64,000 bases of DNA. It comes from an uncultured bacterium (GTDB lineage Bacteria; Babelota; Babeliae; Babelales; Babelaceae). The stretch is taken from NCBI GenBank assembly GCA_963819815.1, contig CAWFXL010000001.1, positions 928,001 to 992,000 of the forward strand, given 5' to 3'. This document shows positions 19,696-29,808 of the stretch, piece by piece. The notes under the pieces are model-generated. The model worked only from the letters and a program-made list of their open reading frames with translations. It was not told the origin of the DNA and did not search any database. Position 1 is the stretch's first letter; the number at the start of each line of letters is the position of its first letter. The translations under genes were made by a program, and so were the position numbers.

Positions 19696-21462
19696 ATGAA
19701 CATTCTTACATGTATACTAAGCAGTCTCTTGGTAGTTTCATATAGCGCTAGCGTTATTGCCGCACAGCGTTCAGAAGAAATTGCACTTCCCGCAGTAGAG
19801 AACATGCAAAAACAGCTCATCAGTGCTGCAAAAGCTGGTGATGCTAATCGTATAAGAATTCTTCTTGCACAAGGTGCTCTACTATGCCAGAAAGATAGTT
19901 CTGGCCGTACACCTTTTGATTGGGCAGCTATATATGGGCATGTTGCATGCTTACAGATTTTCCTGGATGAACTTGAAAACAATACACCACTTGATCGCCG
20001 AGATGAGTACTATGAGACTCTAAAAGGCATAAAGATGCACCACGTTGATTTGGGTATATTCCAAAGAGATCCACAGAGTACTGAGATTAGATGCCTGGCT
20101 CCTTTCCTTTTGAGGATGTATGATCATTTAGGCGACTGGGGTCATGAAATCCCTGGCTGCCAAAATTTACTTATAACGATTTACTACAGAATACGAGACC
20201 AGCTTTCACTTAACATTGTACTGAACTATTTTTCGTCTGGTGACAACGTTCTGCAGCAAGCCCTACTAGCCGCAGGAGCACATCGTGAAACAGGAAATCT
20301 TGATCACCTATTCAACCCTTTACAAGGCCCTCGCTCTATACTTAGGCTAGCACTACTCTGTGCTGGAGAAGAACCTGATACTAACCGTACAACTCCACCT
20401 CCTTCAAAAGAAAAAATCAGAGAGTATCATCTTAGTAGCCTCATGCGATTTGCCATCCGTGAAGAGCATCTAGACCTTTTAAGTGCTCTTATAGCTGTAG
20501 AATCGAGTTATATTGCCGTTATTAATGAAGTGGGTCCATTCAACGGAATGCCACCGCTTCACTGGGCAGCATGGTATGACAGGACAAGCATGCGATTTGC
20601 CATCCGTGAAGTGCATCTAGACCTTTTAAGTGCTCTTATAGCTGTAGAATCGAGTTATATTGCCGTTATTAATGCAGTGGGTCCATTCAACGGAATGCCA
20701 CCGCTTCACTGGGCAGCATGGTATAACAGGACAAGAATAGCAAGATTATTACTTGATGCAGGTGCACCCGTCGATCGACAACACGGTTCAGATACTGCGT
20801 TTCGTTTCGCCTATGAACGTAAATCAAATGATGTAGCACAGGTCCTTTTTGAATCGGGGGCATCTATTAAAGATGAAATCACCCGCCAGCTAGGCATACG
20901 ACACTTAGGTAAACACCCCTATTTTAAAATGCTTCTGCAGGGTAGCAAACTAAGATATGCCCCCACTAAGAACGATGCGAAAATTGCAATGCAAAATGTT
21001 GCCTCCCTCATCTATATCTTGGGCATTAAATGTAATCTTCCACCTTACGTTATCTATGAGATCATCTTGTTTGCAACAGGGGAAAAGAAAAATGACCAAG
21101 GACAACCGATTGCACCGGAGTGGACTCGATCGTTAAAAAAATCTCTCGCAGTGCTGTATCTCTACAAATGTAACGGCAATAAGCTTTTTCCTTTATGGGA
21201 ACAAACCATTAAGTGCCTAGCAAAAGATCCACAACAGCAAGCACTGGTCATTTCAAAACTTGAGAATTTTATTCGACCGTTTCTCGGCAATGATGTCTTA
21301 AGACTAGCATGTATGCACTTTATGCAGAAAATTGCTAACGATGCTCACCCACTACAGCAAAGTACCTATGAAAATGACTTTTTTGGCGAAGATTTTGAGC
21401 TCTATTACAAACATTTAAAAGGGTCAGGGTATCTAGCAATTAACGGAGCTGATGCACCTTAA
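19696..21462 (+). CDS. Secreted ankyrin-repeat protein, array member 7 (subfamily B), with internal 49-aa duplication
   Basis: As siblings; contains a 147-bp tandem duplication. Confidence 0.9.
   Translation: MNILTCILSSLLVVSYSASVIAAQRSEEIALPAVENMQKQLISAAKAGDANRIRILLAQGALLCQKDSSGRTPFDWAAIYGHVACLQIFLDELENNTPLDRRDEYYETLKGIKMHHVDLGIFQRDPQSTEIRCLAPFLLRMYDHLGDWGHEIPGCQNLLITIYYRIRDQLSLNIVLNYFSSGDNVLQQALLAAGAHRETGNLDHLFNPLQGPRSILRLALLCAGEEPDTNRTTPPPSKEKIREYHLSSLMRFAIREEHLDLLSALIAVESSYIAVINEVGPFNGMPPLHWAAWYDRTSMRFAIREVHLDLLSALIAVESSYIAVINAVGPFNGMPPLHWAAWYNRTRIARLLLDAGAPVDRQHGSDTAFRFAYERKSNDVAQVLFESGASIKDEITRQLGIRHLGKHPYFKMLLQGSKLRYAPTKNDAKIAMQNVASLIYILGIKCNLPPYVIYEIILFATGEKKNDQGQPIAPEWTRSLKKSLAVLYLYKCNGNKLFPLWEQTIKCLAKDPQQQALVISKLENFIRPFLGNDVLRLACMHFMQKIANDAHPLQQSTYENDFFGEDFELYYKHLKGSGYLAINGADAP
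20442..20735 (+). repeat. 147-bp in-frame tandem duplication
   Basis: 20442-20588 and 20589-20735 are near-identical (MRFAIRE.HLDLLSALIAVESSYIAVIN.VGPFNGMPPLHWAAWY.RT, twice). Confidence 0.95.
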
Positions 21463-21495
21463 AATCTAGAAATAAGTTATGACAAGGAAAATCTC

Positions 21496-23109
21496 ATGAA
21501 CATTCGTACATGCACACTAAGCAGTTTACTCATAATCCTATGGGGCCTTTGTGCTATGGCTGCACAAAATTCCGCAGAGATTGTACTTCCAGCAGTAGAG
21601 AGCGTACAACTACAGCTCATCGATGCTGCAAAAATCGGTGATGCTAACCGTATAAGAACTCTTCTTGCTCAAGGCGCTCTACTATGCCAGAAAGATAGAT
21701 TTGACTATACACCCTTTGATTGGGCTGCTATACATGGCCATGTTGCATGCTTACAGATTTTCCTGGATGAATTGGAAAACAATACACCACTTGATCGCCG
21801 AGACGCTTACTATACAACCTTACAAGGAATAAAGACACAGCATATCGATTTGGGCATTTTCCAAAGAGATGCGCAGAATGCTGAGTTGGGCGAGCTATCT
21901 ACGTTCCTTTTGAAAATATATGACAACTTAGGGGATTGGGGTTACGGAATCTCTGGTGGCAGAGACTTACTTACAGAAATTTACAACAGAATAGGCGACC
22001 AGCTTTCACTTAATATCGTTCTGAACTGCTTTTCATCAAGCATTCTAGATCAAGCATTAATATCTGCAGGAGCACAGCCTGCAACAGATGACCCTGATTT
22101 TCTGTTCAAATCTTTACGAAATTCCAACTCTAGATATTATCGACAAGCATTACTCTTTGCTGGAGAAGACCCTCAGACTTTTAACAACCTAAGCATGCCC
22201 ACTGAACAGCAAATTAGAGAATACCATCTTAACAGGCTCATGCGTTTTGCCATCCGAGAAGAGCATGAAGATCTTTTACGTGCTCTTATAGATGAAGGAA
22301 CGACGAAAGTCACAACCTTTACTAATGAAGTAGCCCCATTCAGCAATTGGCCACCCCTTGACGTTGCAGCTTGGTTTGACAAGGTAAAAATGGCAAAAGT
22401 ATTACTTGATGCAGGAGCACCCATCGAGGAGGGACTCAGCGGTGGTATTCATACCCCTTTTCATTCGGCATGTGAACGTAACTCCTGGGATGTCGGACAG
22501 CTTCTTTTTGAATCTGGGGCATCTATTAAATCTACCTACATCATTGAACTAGGCGTACGAAATTTAGGTAAACAACCCTTTTATAAAATGCTTCTCCAGG
22601 GGAGCAAAGTAAGATATGCTCCCACAAAGAACGATGCAAAAATTGCTATGCAAACCATTGCACGTCTCATATATGCCTTGAACCACTTACCAGCTTACGT
22701 TATCTATGAGATCATCTTATTTGCGGCAGGAGAACAGAATGATGACCAAGGACAACGTATTGCACCAGAATGGACTAAGACTTTAAGAAATTCTCTCGCG
22801 GTACTCTATCTCTACAAATGCAATGGTAATAAACTGTATCACCTATGGGAACAAACCATGCGGTGTATAATAAAAGATCCTGAACAGCAAACCCTATTCA
22901 TCTCAAAACTTGAAAACTTTTTACGGCCGTTTCTTGGCAATGAAGTCATAAGATTAGCATGCTCGCACCTTATGCAGAAAATTGCTGATGATGCCTGTCA
23001 GGAGCAACAAAGTATCTATGAAAATGATTTATTTGGTGAAGATTTTGGGCGCTATTACAACCATATGGCACAAGGGCCACTGAAAATAGATGGATCTGAT
23101 ACTCCCTAA
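21496..23109 (+). CDS. Secreted ankyrin-repeat protein, array member 8 (subfamily B)
   Basis: Signal peptide, ANK repeats, conserved C-terminal domain. Confidence 0.9.
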   Translation: MNIRTCTLSSLLIILWGLCAMAAQNSAEIVLPAVESVQLQLIDAAKIGDANRIRTLLAQGALLCQKDRFDYTPFDWAAIHGHVACLQIFLDELENNTPLDRRDAYYTTLQGIKTQHIDLGIFQRDAQNAELGELSTFLLKIYDNLGDWGYGISGGRDLLTEIYNRIGDQLSLNIVLNCFSSSILDQALISAGAQPATDDPDFLFKSLRNSNSRYYRQALLFAGEDPQTFNNLSMPTEQQIREYHLNRLMRFAIREEHEDLLRALIDEGTTKVTTFTNEVAPFSNWPPLDVAAWFDKVKMAKVLLDAGAPIEEGLSGGIHTPFHSACERNSWDVGQLLFESGASIKSTYIIELGVRNLGKQPFYKMLLQGSKVRYAPTKNDAKIAMQTIARLIYALNHLPAYVIYEIILFAAGEQNDDQGQRIAPEWTKTLRNSLAVLYLYKCNGNKLYHLWEQTMRCIIKDPEQQTLFISKLENFLRPFLGNEVIRLACSHLMQKIADDACQEQQSIYENDLFGEDFGRYYNHMAQGPLKIDGSDTP

Positions 23110-23143
23110 GTTATAGAAATATGTATATGAAAAGGAAAATCTC

Positions 23144-24763
23144 ATGAAAATTCGTACATTATCGCTACGCAATCTACTCCTAATTCTATGGCCCCTTTGT
23201 GTTATGGCCGCACAGCGTTCAGAAGAAATTGCACTTCCCGCAGTAGAAAACATGCAACAACAACTCATCAGTGCTGCAAAAGCTGGTGATGCCAATCGTA
23301 TAAGAATTCTTCTTGCTCAAGGTGCTCTACTTTGCCAGGAAGATAGTTCTGGCCGTACACCTTTTGACTGGGCAGCTATTTATGGGCATGTTGCGTGCTT
23401 ACATATTTTCCTTGGTGAACTTGAAAACAATACACCACTTGATCGCCGAAATGAGTATTATGAAACTCTAAAAGGCATAAAGATGCACCACGTTGATTTG
23501 GATATATTTCAAAGAGATCCCCAGAATACTGAGATTAGAGGCGTAGCTTCTTTCCTTTTGAGGATGTTTGACCATTTAGAGGACTGGGGTCATGAAGTCC
23601 CTGGCTGCCCACGTTTACTTAGTACCATTTACTACAGAATACAAGACCAGCTTTCACTTAACATTGTACTGAACTGTTTTTCATCTGGTGACGACGTTTT
23701 GCAGCAAGCCTTACTAGCCGCAGGAGCACATCGTGAAACAGGAAATCTTGATCACCTATTCAACCCTTTTCAAGGCCCTCGCTCTATACTCAGACTAGCA
23801 CTACTCTGTGCTGGCGAAGAACCTGATGCTAACCGTACAATTCCACATCCGTCAAAAGAAAAAATCAGAGAGCGTCATCTTAGCAGCCTCATGAAATTTG
23901 CTATCCGTGAAGAGCATGAAGACCTTTTACATGCTCTTATAGCTGTAGAATCAAGTTTTATTGCCGTTATTAATGCAGGGGGCCCATTTAACGGAGAGCC
24001 TCCTCTTCACGAGGCAGCATGGTATAACAGGACAAGAATGGCAAGATTATTACTGAATGCGGGCGCGCCTATCGACCGGCGAAACGGTTCAGATACTGCA
24101 TTTCGTTACGCTTATGAACGTAAATCACATGATGTAGCACAGCTCCTTTTTGAATCTGGGGCATCTATTAAAGATAAACCCACCCATCAACTATGCATAC
24201 GGCATTTGGGTAAACAGCCCTTTTATAAAATGCTTCTGCAGGGTAGCAAAGTAAGATATGCCCCCACTAAGAACGATGCGAAAATTGCAATGCAAAATGT
24301 TGCATCCCTCATCTATATCTTGGGCATTAAATGTAATCTTCCAGCTTACGTCATCTATGAACTAATTCTATTTGCTGCAGGCGAAAAGAATGATGAGCAA
24401 GGAAATCCAATTGCACAGGAATGGACTAGATCATTAAGAAATTCTCTCGCGCTGCTCTATCTCTACAAATGTAACGGCAATACGCTTTTTCCTTTATGGG
24501 AACAAACCATTAAGTGCCTAGAGAAAGATCCACAACAGCAAGCACTGGTCATTTCAAAACTGGAGAATTTCATTCGACCGTTTCTCGGCAATGAAGTCAT
24601 AAGACTAGCATGCTCGCACCTTATGCAGAAAATTGCTGAAGATGCTGAACCAGAAAAGCGAAGTAAATATGAAAATGATTTATTTGGCGAAGATTTTGAG
24701 CTCTATTACAAACACTTAAAAGGGTCAGGGTATCTAACAATTAACGGAGCTGATGCACCTTAA
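23144..24763 (+). CDS. Secreted ankyrin-repeat protein, array member 9 (subfamily B)
   Basis: Signal peptide, ANK repeats, conserved C-terminal domain. Confidence 0.9.
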   Translation: MKIRTLSLRNLLLILWPLCVMAAQRSEEIALPAVENMQQQLISAAKAGDANRIRILLAQGALLCQEDSSGRTPFDWAAIYGHVACLHIFLGELENNTPLDRRNEYYETLKGIKMHHVDLDIFQRDPQNTEIRGVASFLLRMFDHLEDWGHEVPGCPRLLSTIYYRIQDQLSLNIVLNCFSSGDDVLQQALLAAGAHRETGNLDHLFNPFQGPRSILRLALLCAGEEPDANRTIPHPSKEKIRERHLSSLMKFAIREEHEDLLHALIAVESSFIAVINAGGPFNGEPPLHEAAWYNRTRMARLLLNAGAPIDRRNGSDTAFRYAYERKSHDVAQLLFESGASIKDKPTHQLCIRHLGKQPFYKMLLQGSKVRYAPTKNDAKIAMQNVASLIYILGIKCNLPAYVIYELILFAAGEKNDEQGNPIAQEWTRSLRNSLALLYLYKCNGNTLFPLWEQTIKCLEKDPQQQALVISKLENFIRPFLGNEVIRLACSHLMQKIAEDAEPEKRSKYENDLFGEDFELYYKHLKGSGYLTINGADAP

Positions 24764-24793
24764 TGAAAATAATTATATAGTAAGGAAAATCTC

Positions 24794-26410
24794 ATGAAAA
24801 TTCGTACATTTGCATTACGCAATCTGCTCATGATTCTATGGCCCCTTTGTGTTATGGCCGCACAGCGTTCAGAAGAAGTTGCACTTCCGGCAGTTGAGAA
24901 CGTCCAACAGCAGCTCATCAGTGCTGCAAAAGCTGGCGATGCCAATCGTATAAGAACCTTTCTTGCACAAGGTGCTCTACTTTGCCAGCAAGATAGTTCT
25001 GGCCGGACACCTTTTGACTGGGCAGCTATCTATGGGCATGTGGCTTGCTTACATATTTTTCTTGATGAACTTGAAAACAATACACCACTTGATCGCCGAA
25101 ATGAGTACTATGAAACTCTAAAAGGCATAAAGATGCACCACGTAGATTTGGGTATATTCCAAAGAGATCCACAGAATACTCAGATTAGAGACCTAGCTCC
25201 TTTCCTTTTGAGGATGTATGACCATTTAGACGACTGGGGTCATGAAATCCCTGGCTGCAAACGGTTACTTATAGAGATTTACTATAGAGTAGCAGACCTG
25301 CTTTCACTTAACATTGTACTGAACTGTTTTTCATCTAGTGACAACGTTCTGCAGCAAGCCTTACTAGCCGCAGGGGCACACCGTGAAACAGGAAATCTTG
25401 ATCACCTATTCAACCCTTTACAGCGCCCTCGCTCTATACTCAGGCTAGCACTACTCTGTGCTGGAGAAGCACCTGATGCTAACGCTACAACTCCACCTCT
25501 TATAAAAGAAGAAATCAGAGAGAATAATCTTAGACGCCTCATGCAATTTGCCATCCGTGAAGAGCATGAAGACCTTTTACGCGCCCTTATAGCTATAGAA
25601 TCGAGTTTTATTGCCGTTATTAATGCAGGAGGCACATTCATTGGTGTACCGCCTCTTCACTGGGCAGCATGGTATAACAGGGCAAGAATGGCAAGATTAT
25701 TGCTTGATGCGGGTGCGCCCGTCAACCGAGAACATGGTTCAGATGCCGCTTTTCGCTTCGCCTATGAACGTAAATCATATGATGTAGCACAGCTCCTATT
25801 TGAATCGGGTGCATCTATTACCTATGAGTACACCCGTGAACTAGGCATAGAACACTTTGGTAAGCATCCCTATTTTAAAATACTCCTCCAGGGAAGTAAA
25901 AAAAGATATGCCCCCACAAAGAATGATGCGAAAATTGCAATGCAAAATGTTGCACAGCTCATCTATATCTTTGGGATTACATGTAATCTTCCACCTTACG
26001 TTGTTTATGAGCTATTTCTATTTGCAACAGGTGAACAGAATGATGAGCAAGGAAATCCAATTGCACAGGAATGGACTCAGGCATTAAGAAAATCTCTCGC
26101 GGTGCTCTATCTCTACAAATGTAATGGCAATAAGCTGTATCCCCTGTGGGAACAAACCATACGGTGTATAATAAAAGACCCTGAACAGCAAGCCCGATTC
26201 ATCTCAAAACTTGAAAACTTTTTACGTCCGTTTCTTGGCAATGAAGTCATAAGATTAGCATGCTCGCACCTTATGCAGAAAATTGCTGCCGATGCCTGTC
26301 ATGAGCAACGAAGTATCTATGAAAATGATTTATTTGGTGAAGATTTTGAGCTCTATAACAACCATATGGCACAAGGGCCGCTCAAAATAGATGGATCTGA
26401 TAACCCTTAG
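24794..26410 (+). CDS. Secreted ankyrin-repeat protein, array member 10 (subfamily B)
   Basis: Signal peptide, ANK repeats, conserved C-terminal domain; mosaic of sibling segments. Confidence 0.9.
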   Translation: MKIRTFALRNLLMILWPLCVMAAQRSEEVALPAVENVQQQLISAAKAGDANRIRTFLAQGALLCQQDSSGRTPFDWAAIYGHVACLHIFLDELENNTPLDRRNEYYETLKGIKMHHVDLGIFQRDPQNTQIRDLAPFLLRMYDHLDDWGHEIPGCKRLLIEIYYRVADLLSLNIVLNCFSSSDNVLQQALLAAGAHRETGNLDHLFNPLQRPRSILRLALLCAGEAPDANATTPPLIKEEIRENNLRRLMQFAIREEHEDLLRALIAIESSFIAVINAGGTFIGVPPLHWAAWYNRARMARLLLDAGAPVNREHGSDAAFRFAYERKSYDVAQLLFESGASITYEYTRELGIEHFGKHPYFKILLQGSKKRYAPTKNDAKIAMQNVAQLIYIFGITCNLPPYVVYELFLFATGEQNDEQGNPIAQEWTQALRKSLAVLYLYKCNGNKLYPLWEQTIRCIIKDPEQQARFISKLENFLRPFLGNEVIRLACSHLMQKIAADACHEQRSIYENDLFGEDFELYNNHMAQGPLKIDGSDNP

Positions 26411-26443
26411 TTATAGAAATATGTATATGAAAAGGAAAACCTC

Positions 26444-28090
26444 ATGAAAATTCGTACATTTGCATTACGCAATCTGCTCATGATTCTATGGCCCCTTTGT
26501 GTTATGGCCGCACAGCGTTCAGAAGAAGTTGCACTTCCGGCAATAGAAAACGTCCAACAGCAGCTCATCAGTGCTTCAAAAGCTGGCGATGCTGATCGTA
26601 TAAGAACTCTTCTTACTCAAGGTGCGTTGCTATGCCAGAAAGATAGATCTGGCTATACACCCTTTGAGTGGGCAGCTATCTATGGGCATGTGGCTTGCTT
26701 ACATATTTTCCTTGGTGAACTTGAAAACAATACACCTTCCGATTGCAGAGGTCCTTATTACGTAACCTTAAAAGCCATCAAGAGGTTCAACGTTAACTTG
26801 GATATATTCCAAAGGGATGCCCAGAGCACAGAACTGACTGAGCTTGCCAGATGCATTTTGAAAATATATGACGAGGGGTTTTGCGATGACATGGGCTTCA
26901 AATGGGACAAAGATATCGTCGGTTGTGGAGAAATACGTTCGAAGGTTTACGAGAGATTACAAGTCCAACTTTCACTTAATATCGTTCTGAACTGTTTTTC
27001 ATCGGGTGACAACGTTCTGCAGCAAGCTCTACTATCTGCTGGGGCAGACCGTACAACTGATGATCCACATAAAGTGATCCTATCATTTTTAAAAGACCGT
27101 CACTTTTATTACCATTCTAGAGAATATCGGCAGGCATTACTGTATGCTGGAGCTCGCCCCGATGGTTCTAACTGCCCAGGAGGGTATTATGAAGAGAGGA
27201 TTAGAGAATATCATTTTAATACGCTCATGCGTTTTGCCATCCATGAGGAGCGCGAAGATCTTCTATGTGCTCTTATAGCTACAAAAACAAGTCTTACTAA
27301 AACGTACGACTGGGAAAACCCACGCCGAGACAGCGGTAAGACGCTTCTTCACATTGCAGGAGAGCTTGACAGGGCAAGAATGGTTAAACTATTAATTGAT
27401 GCAGGCGCCCCGATCGAGCAAGAAGGGAGATTCACAGAGGGTACTGCCTTTGATGTAGCCTGTAAACAGAAATCATTGAATGCTGCACAGGTCCTTTTTG
27501 AATCGGGTGCATCTATTAAAGCTACGTACACCCATGAACTAGTCATACGACATTTAGGTAAACAGCCCTTTTATAAAATGCTCCTGCAGGGAGGCAAAGT
27601 AAGATATGTCCCCACAAGGAATGATGCAAAGATTGCAATGCAGACCATTGCACGTCTCATATATACCTTGAACCACTTGCCAGCTTACGTTATCTATGAG
27701 ATCATCTTATTTGCGGCAGGAGAACAGAATGATGAGCAAGGACTTCTGGTTACACCTAAATGGACCAGATCATTAAGAAATTCCCTCGCGGTGTTGTATC
27801 TCTACAAATGTAACGGCAATAAGCTTTTTCCTATCTGGGAACAAACCATTAAGTGCTTAGTAAAAGATCCACAACAGCAAGCTCTGGTCATTTCAAAACT
27901 CGAGAATTTTTTTCGACCATTTCTAGGCAATGACGTCATAAAGATCGCCTGTTCGCACCTGATGCAGAAAATTGCTAAAGATGCAGAGCAAAGTAAATAT
28001 GAAAATGATCTATTTGGTGAAGATTTTGAGCCCTATTACAAACATATGGCACAAGGGCCACTGAAAATAGATGGATCTGATACCCCTTAG
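26444..28090 (+). CDS. Secreted ankyrin-repeat protein, array member 11 (subfamily B)
   Basis: N-terminus near-identical to member 10, divergent middle, conserved C-terminal domain. Confidence 0.9.
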   Translation: MKIRTFALRNLLMILWPLCVMAAQRSEEVALPAIENVQQQLISASKAGDADRIRTLLTQGALLCQKDRSGYTPFEWAAIYGHVACLHIFLGELENNTPSDCRGPYYVTLKAIKRFNVNLDIFQRDAQSTELTELARCILKIYDEGFCDDMGFKWDKDIVGCGEIRSKVYERLQVQLSLNIVLNCFSSGDNVLQQALLSAGADRTTDDPHKVILSFLKDRHFYYHSREYRQALLYAGARPDGSNCPGGYYEERIREYHFNTLMRFAIHEEREDLLCALIATKTSLTKTYDWENPRRDSGKTLLHIAGELDRARMVKLLIDAGAPIEQEGRFTEGTAFDVACKQKSLNAAQVLFESGASIKATYTHELVIRHLGKQPFYKMLLQGGKVRYVPTRNDAKIAMQTIARLIYTLNHLPAYVIYEIILFAAGEQNDEQGLLVTPKWTRSLRNSLAVLYLYKCNGNKLFPIWEQTIKCLVKDPQQQALVISKLENFFRPFLGNDVIKIACSHLMQKIAKDAEQSKYENDLFGEDFEPYYKHMAQGPLKIDGSDTP

Positions 28091-28123
28091 TTATAGAAAT
28101 ATGTATATGGAAAGGAAAATCTC

Positions 28124-29776
28124 ATGAAAATTCGTACATTTGCACTACGCAATCTACTCCTGATTCTATGGCCCCTTGGTGTTATGGCCGCACAACGTGC
28201 AGAAGAAATTGCACTTCCCGCAGTAGAGAACATGCAACAACAACTCATCAGTGCTGCAAAAGCTGGCGATGCCAATCGTATAAGAACTCTTCTTGCTCAA
28301 GGTGCTCTACTTTGCCAGGAAGATAGTTCTGGCCGTACACCTTTTGACTGGGCAGCTATTTATGGGCATGTTGCATGCTTACATATTTTCCTTGGTGAAC
28401 TTGAAAACAATACACCACTTGATCGCCGTAATGAGTATTATGAAACTCTAAAAGGCATAAAAATGCACCACTTAGATTTGGATATATTCCAAAGAGATCC
28501 ACAGAGTACTGAGATTAGATGCCTGGCTCCTTTCCTTTTAAGGATGTATGATCATTTATGGATATATGATCATTTAGGCGGCTTGGGTCATGAAATCCCT
28601 GGCTGCCAACGTTTACTTAGAGAGATTTACTACAGAATACGAGACCAGCTTTCACTTAACATTGTACTGAACTGTTTTTCGTCTGGTGACGACGTTCTGC
28701 AGCAAGCCCTACTAGCCGCAGGGGCACAGCGTGAAACAGGAAATCTTGATCACCTATTCAACCCTTTACAAGGCCCTCGCTCTATACTCAGACTAAAACT
28801 ACTCAGACTAAAACTACTTTGTGAAGGAGAAATACCTGATGCTAACTGTACAACTCCACCTCCTTCAAAAGAAAAAATCAGAGAAAATCATCTTACAAGG
28901 CTCATGCATTTTGCCATCCGTGAAGAGCATGAAGCCCTTTTGCTCGCTTTTATAGCTGTAGAATCGAGTTTTATTGCCGCTATTAATGCAGGAGGCCAAT
29001 TTAACGGAGTGCCACCGCTTCACCGGGCAGCATGGTATAACAGAACAAGAATGGCAAGATTATTACTTGATGCGGGTGCACCCGTCGACCGGCGAAATGG
29101 TTCAGATACTGCGTTTCGTTACGCCTATGAACGTAAATCACACGATGTCGCCCAGGTCCTTTTTGAATCAGGCGCTTCTATTAAAGATAGATATACCCGT
29201 GAACTATGCATCCAACATTTAGGTAAACAGCCCTTTTATAAAATGCTTCTGCAGGGTAGCAAAGTAAGATATGCTCCCACAAAGAACGATGCAAAAATTG
29301 CCATGCAAAATGTTGCATCCCTCATCTATCTCCTTGGCGTTCGTCTTGCTTTACCACCATATATCATCTATGAACTCATTCTATTTGCTGCAGGCAAAAA
29401 GAATGATGAGCAAGGAAATCCAATTGCACAAGAATGGACTAGATCATTAAGAAATTCCCTCGCGGTGCTCTATCTCTACAAATGTAACGGCAATACGCTT
29501 TTTCCTTTATGGGAACAAACCATTAAGTGCCTAGCAAAAGATCCACAACAGCAAGCACTGGTTATTTCAAAACTTGAAAATTTCATTCGGCCATTTCTCG
29601 GCAATGATGTCATAAAGACCGCCTGTTCGCACCTGATGCAGAAAATTGCTGAAGATGCTAGCCTAGAAGAGCAAAGTACCTATTATGAAGACTTATTTGG
29701 AGAAGATTTTAAGCTCTATTACAAACATTTAAAAGAGTCAGGGTATCTAACAATTAACGGAACTGAAGCCCCTTAA
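28124..29776 (+). CDS. Secreted ankyrin-repeat protein, array member 12 (subfamily B)
   Basis: As siblings; carries 18-bp and 15-bp in-frame micro-duplications. Confidence 0.9.
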   Translation: MKIRTFALRNLLLILWPLGVMAAQRAEEIALPAVENMQQQLISAAKAGDANRIRTLLAQGALLCQEDSSGRTPFDWAAIYGHVACLHIFLGELENNTPLDRRNEYYETLKGIKMHHLDLDIFQRDPQSTEIRCLAPFLLRMYDHLWIYDHLGGLGHEIPGCQRLLREIYYRIRDQLSLNIVLNCFSSGDDVLQQALLAAGAQRETGNLDHLFNPLQGPRSILRLKLLRLKLLCEGEIPDANCTTPPPSKEKIRENHLTRLMHFAIREEHEALLLAFIAVESSFIAAINAGGQFNGVPPLHRAAWYNRTRMARLLLDAGAPVDRRNGSDTAFRYAYERKSHDVAQVLFESGASIKDRYTRELCIQHLGKQPFYKMLLQGSKVRYAPTKNDAKIAMQNVASLIYLLGVRLALPPYIIYELILFAAGKKNDEQGNPIAQEWTRSLRNSLAVLYLYKCNGNTLFPLWEQTIKCLAKDPQQQALVISKLENFIRPFLGNDVIKTACSHLMQKIAEDASLEEQSTYYEDLFGEDFKLYYKHLKESGYLTINGTEAP

Positions 29777-29808
29777 GTTCTGGAAATAAGTATATAGTAA
29801 GGAATAAT

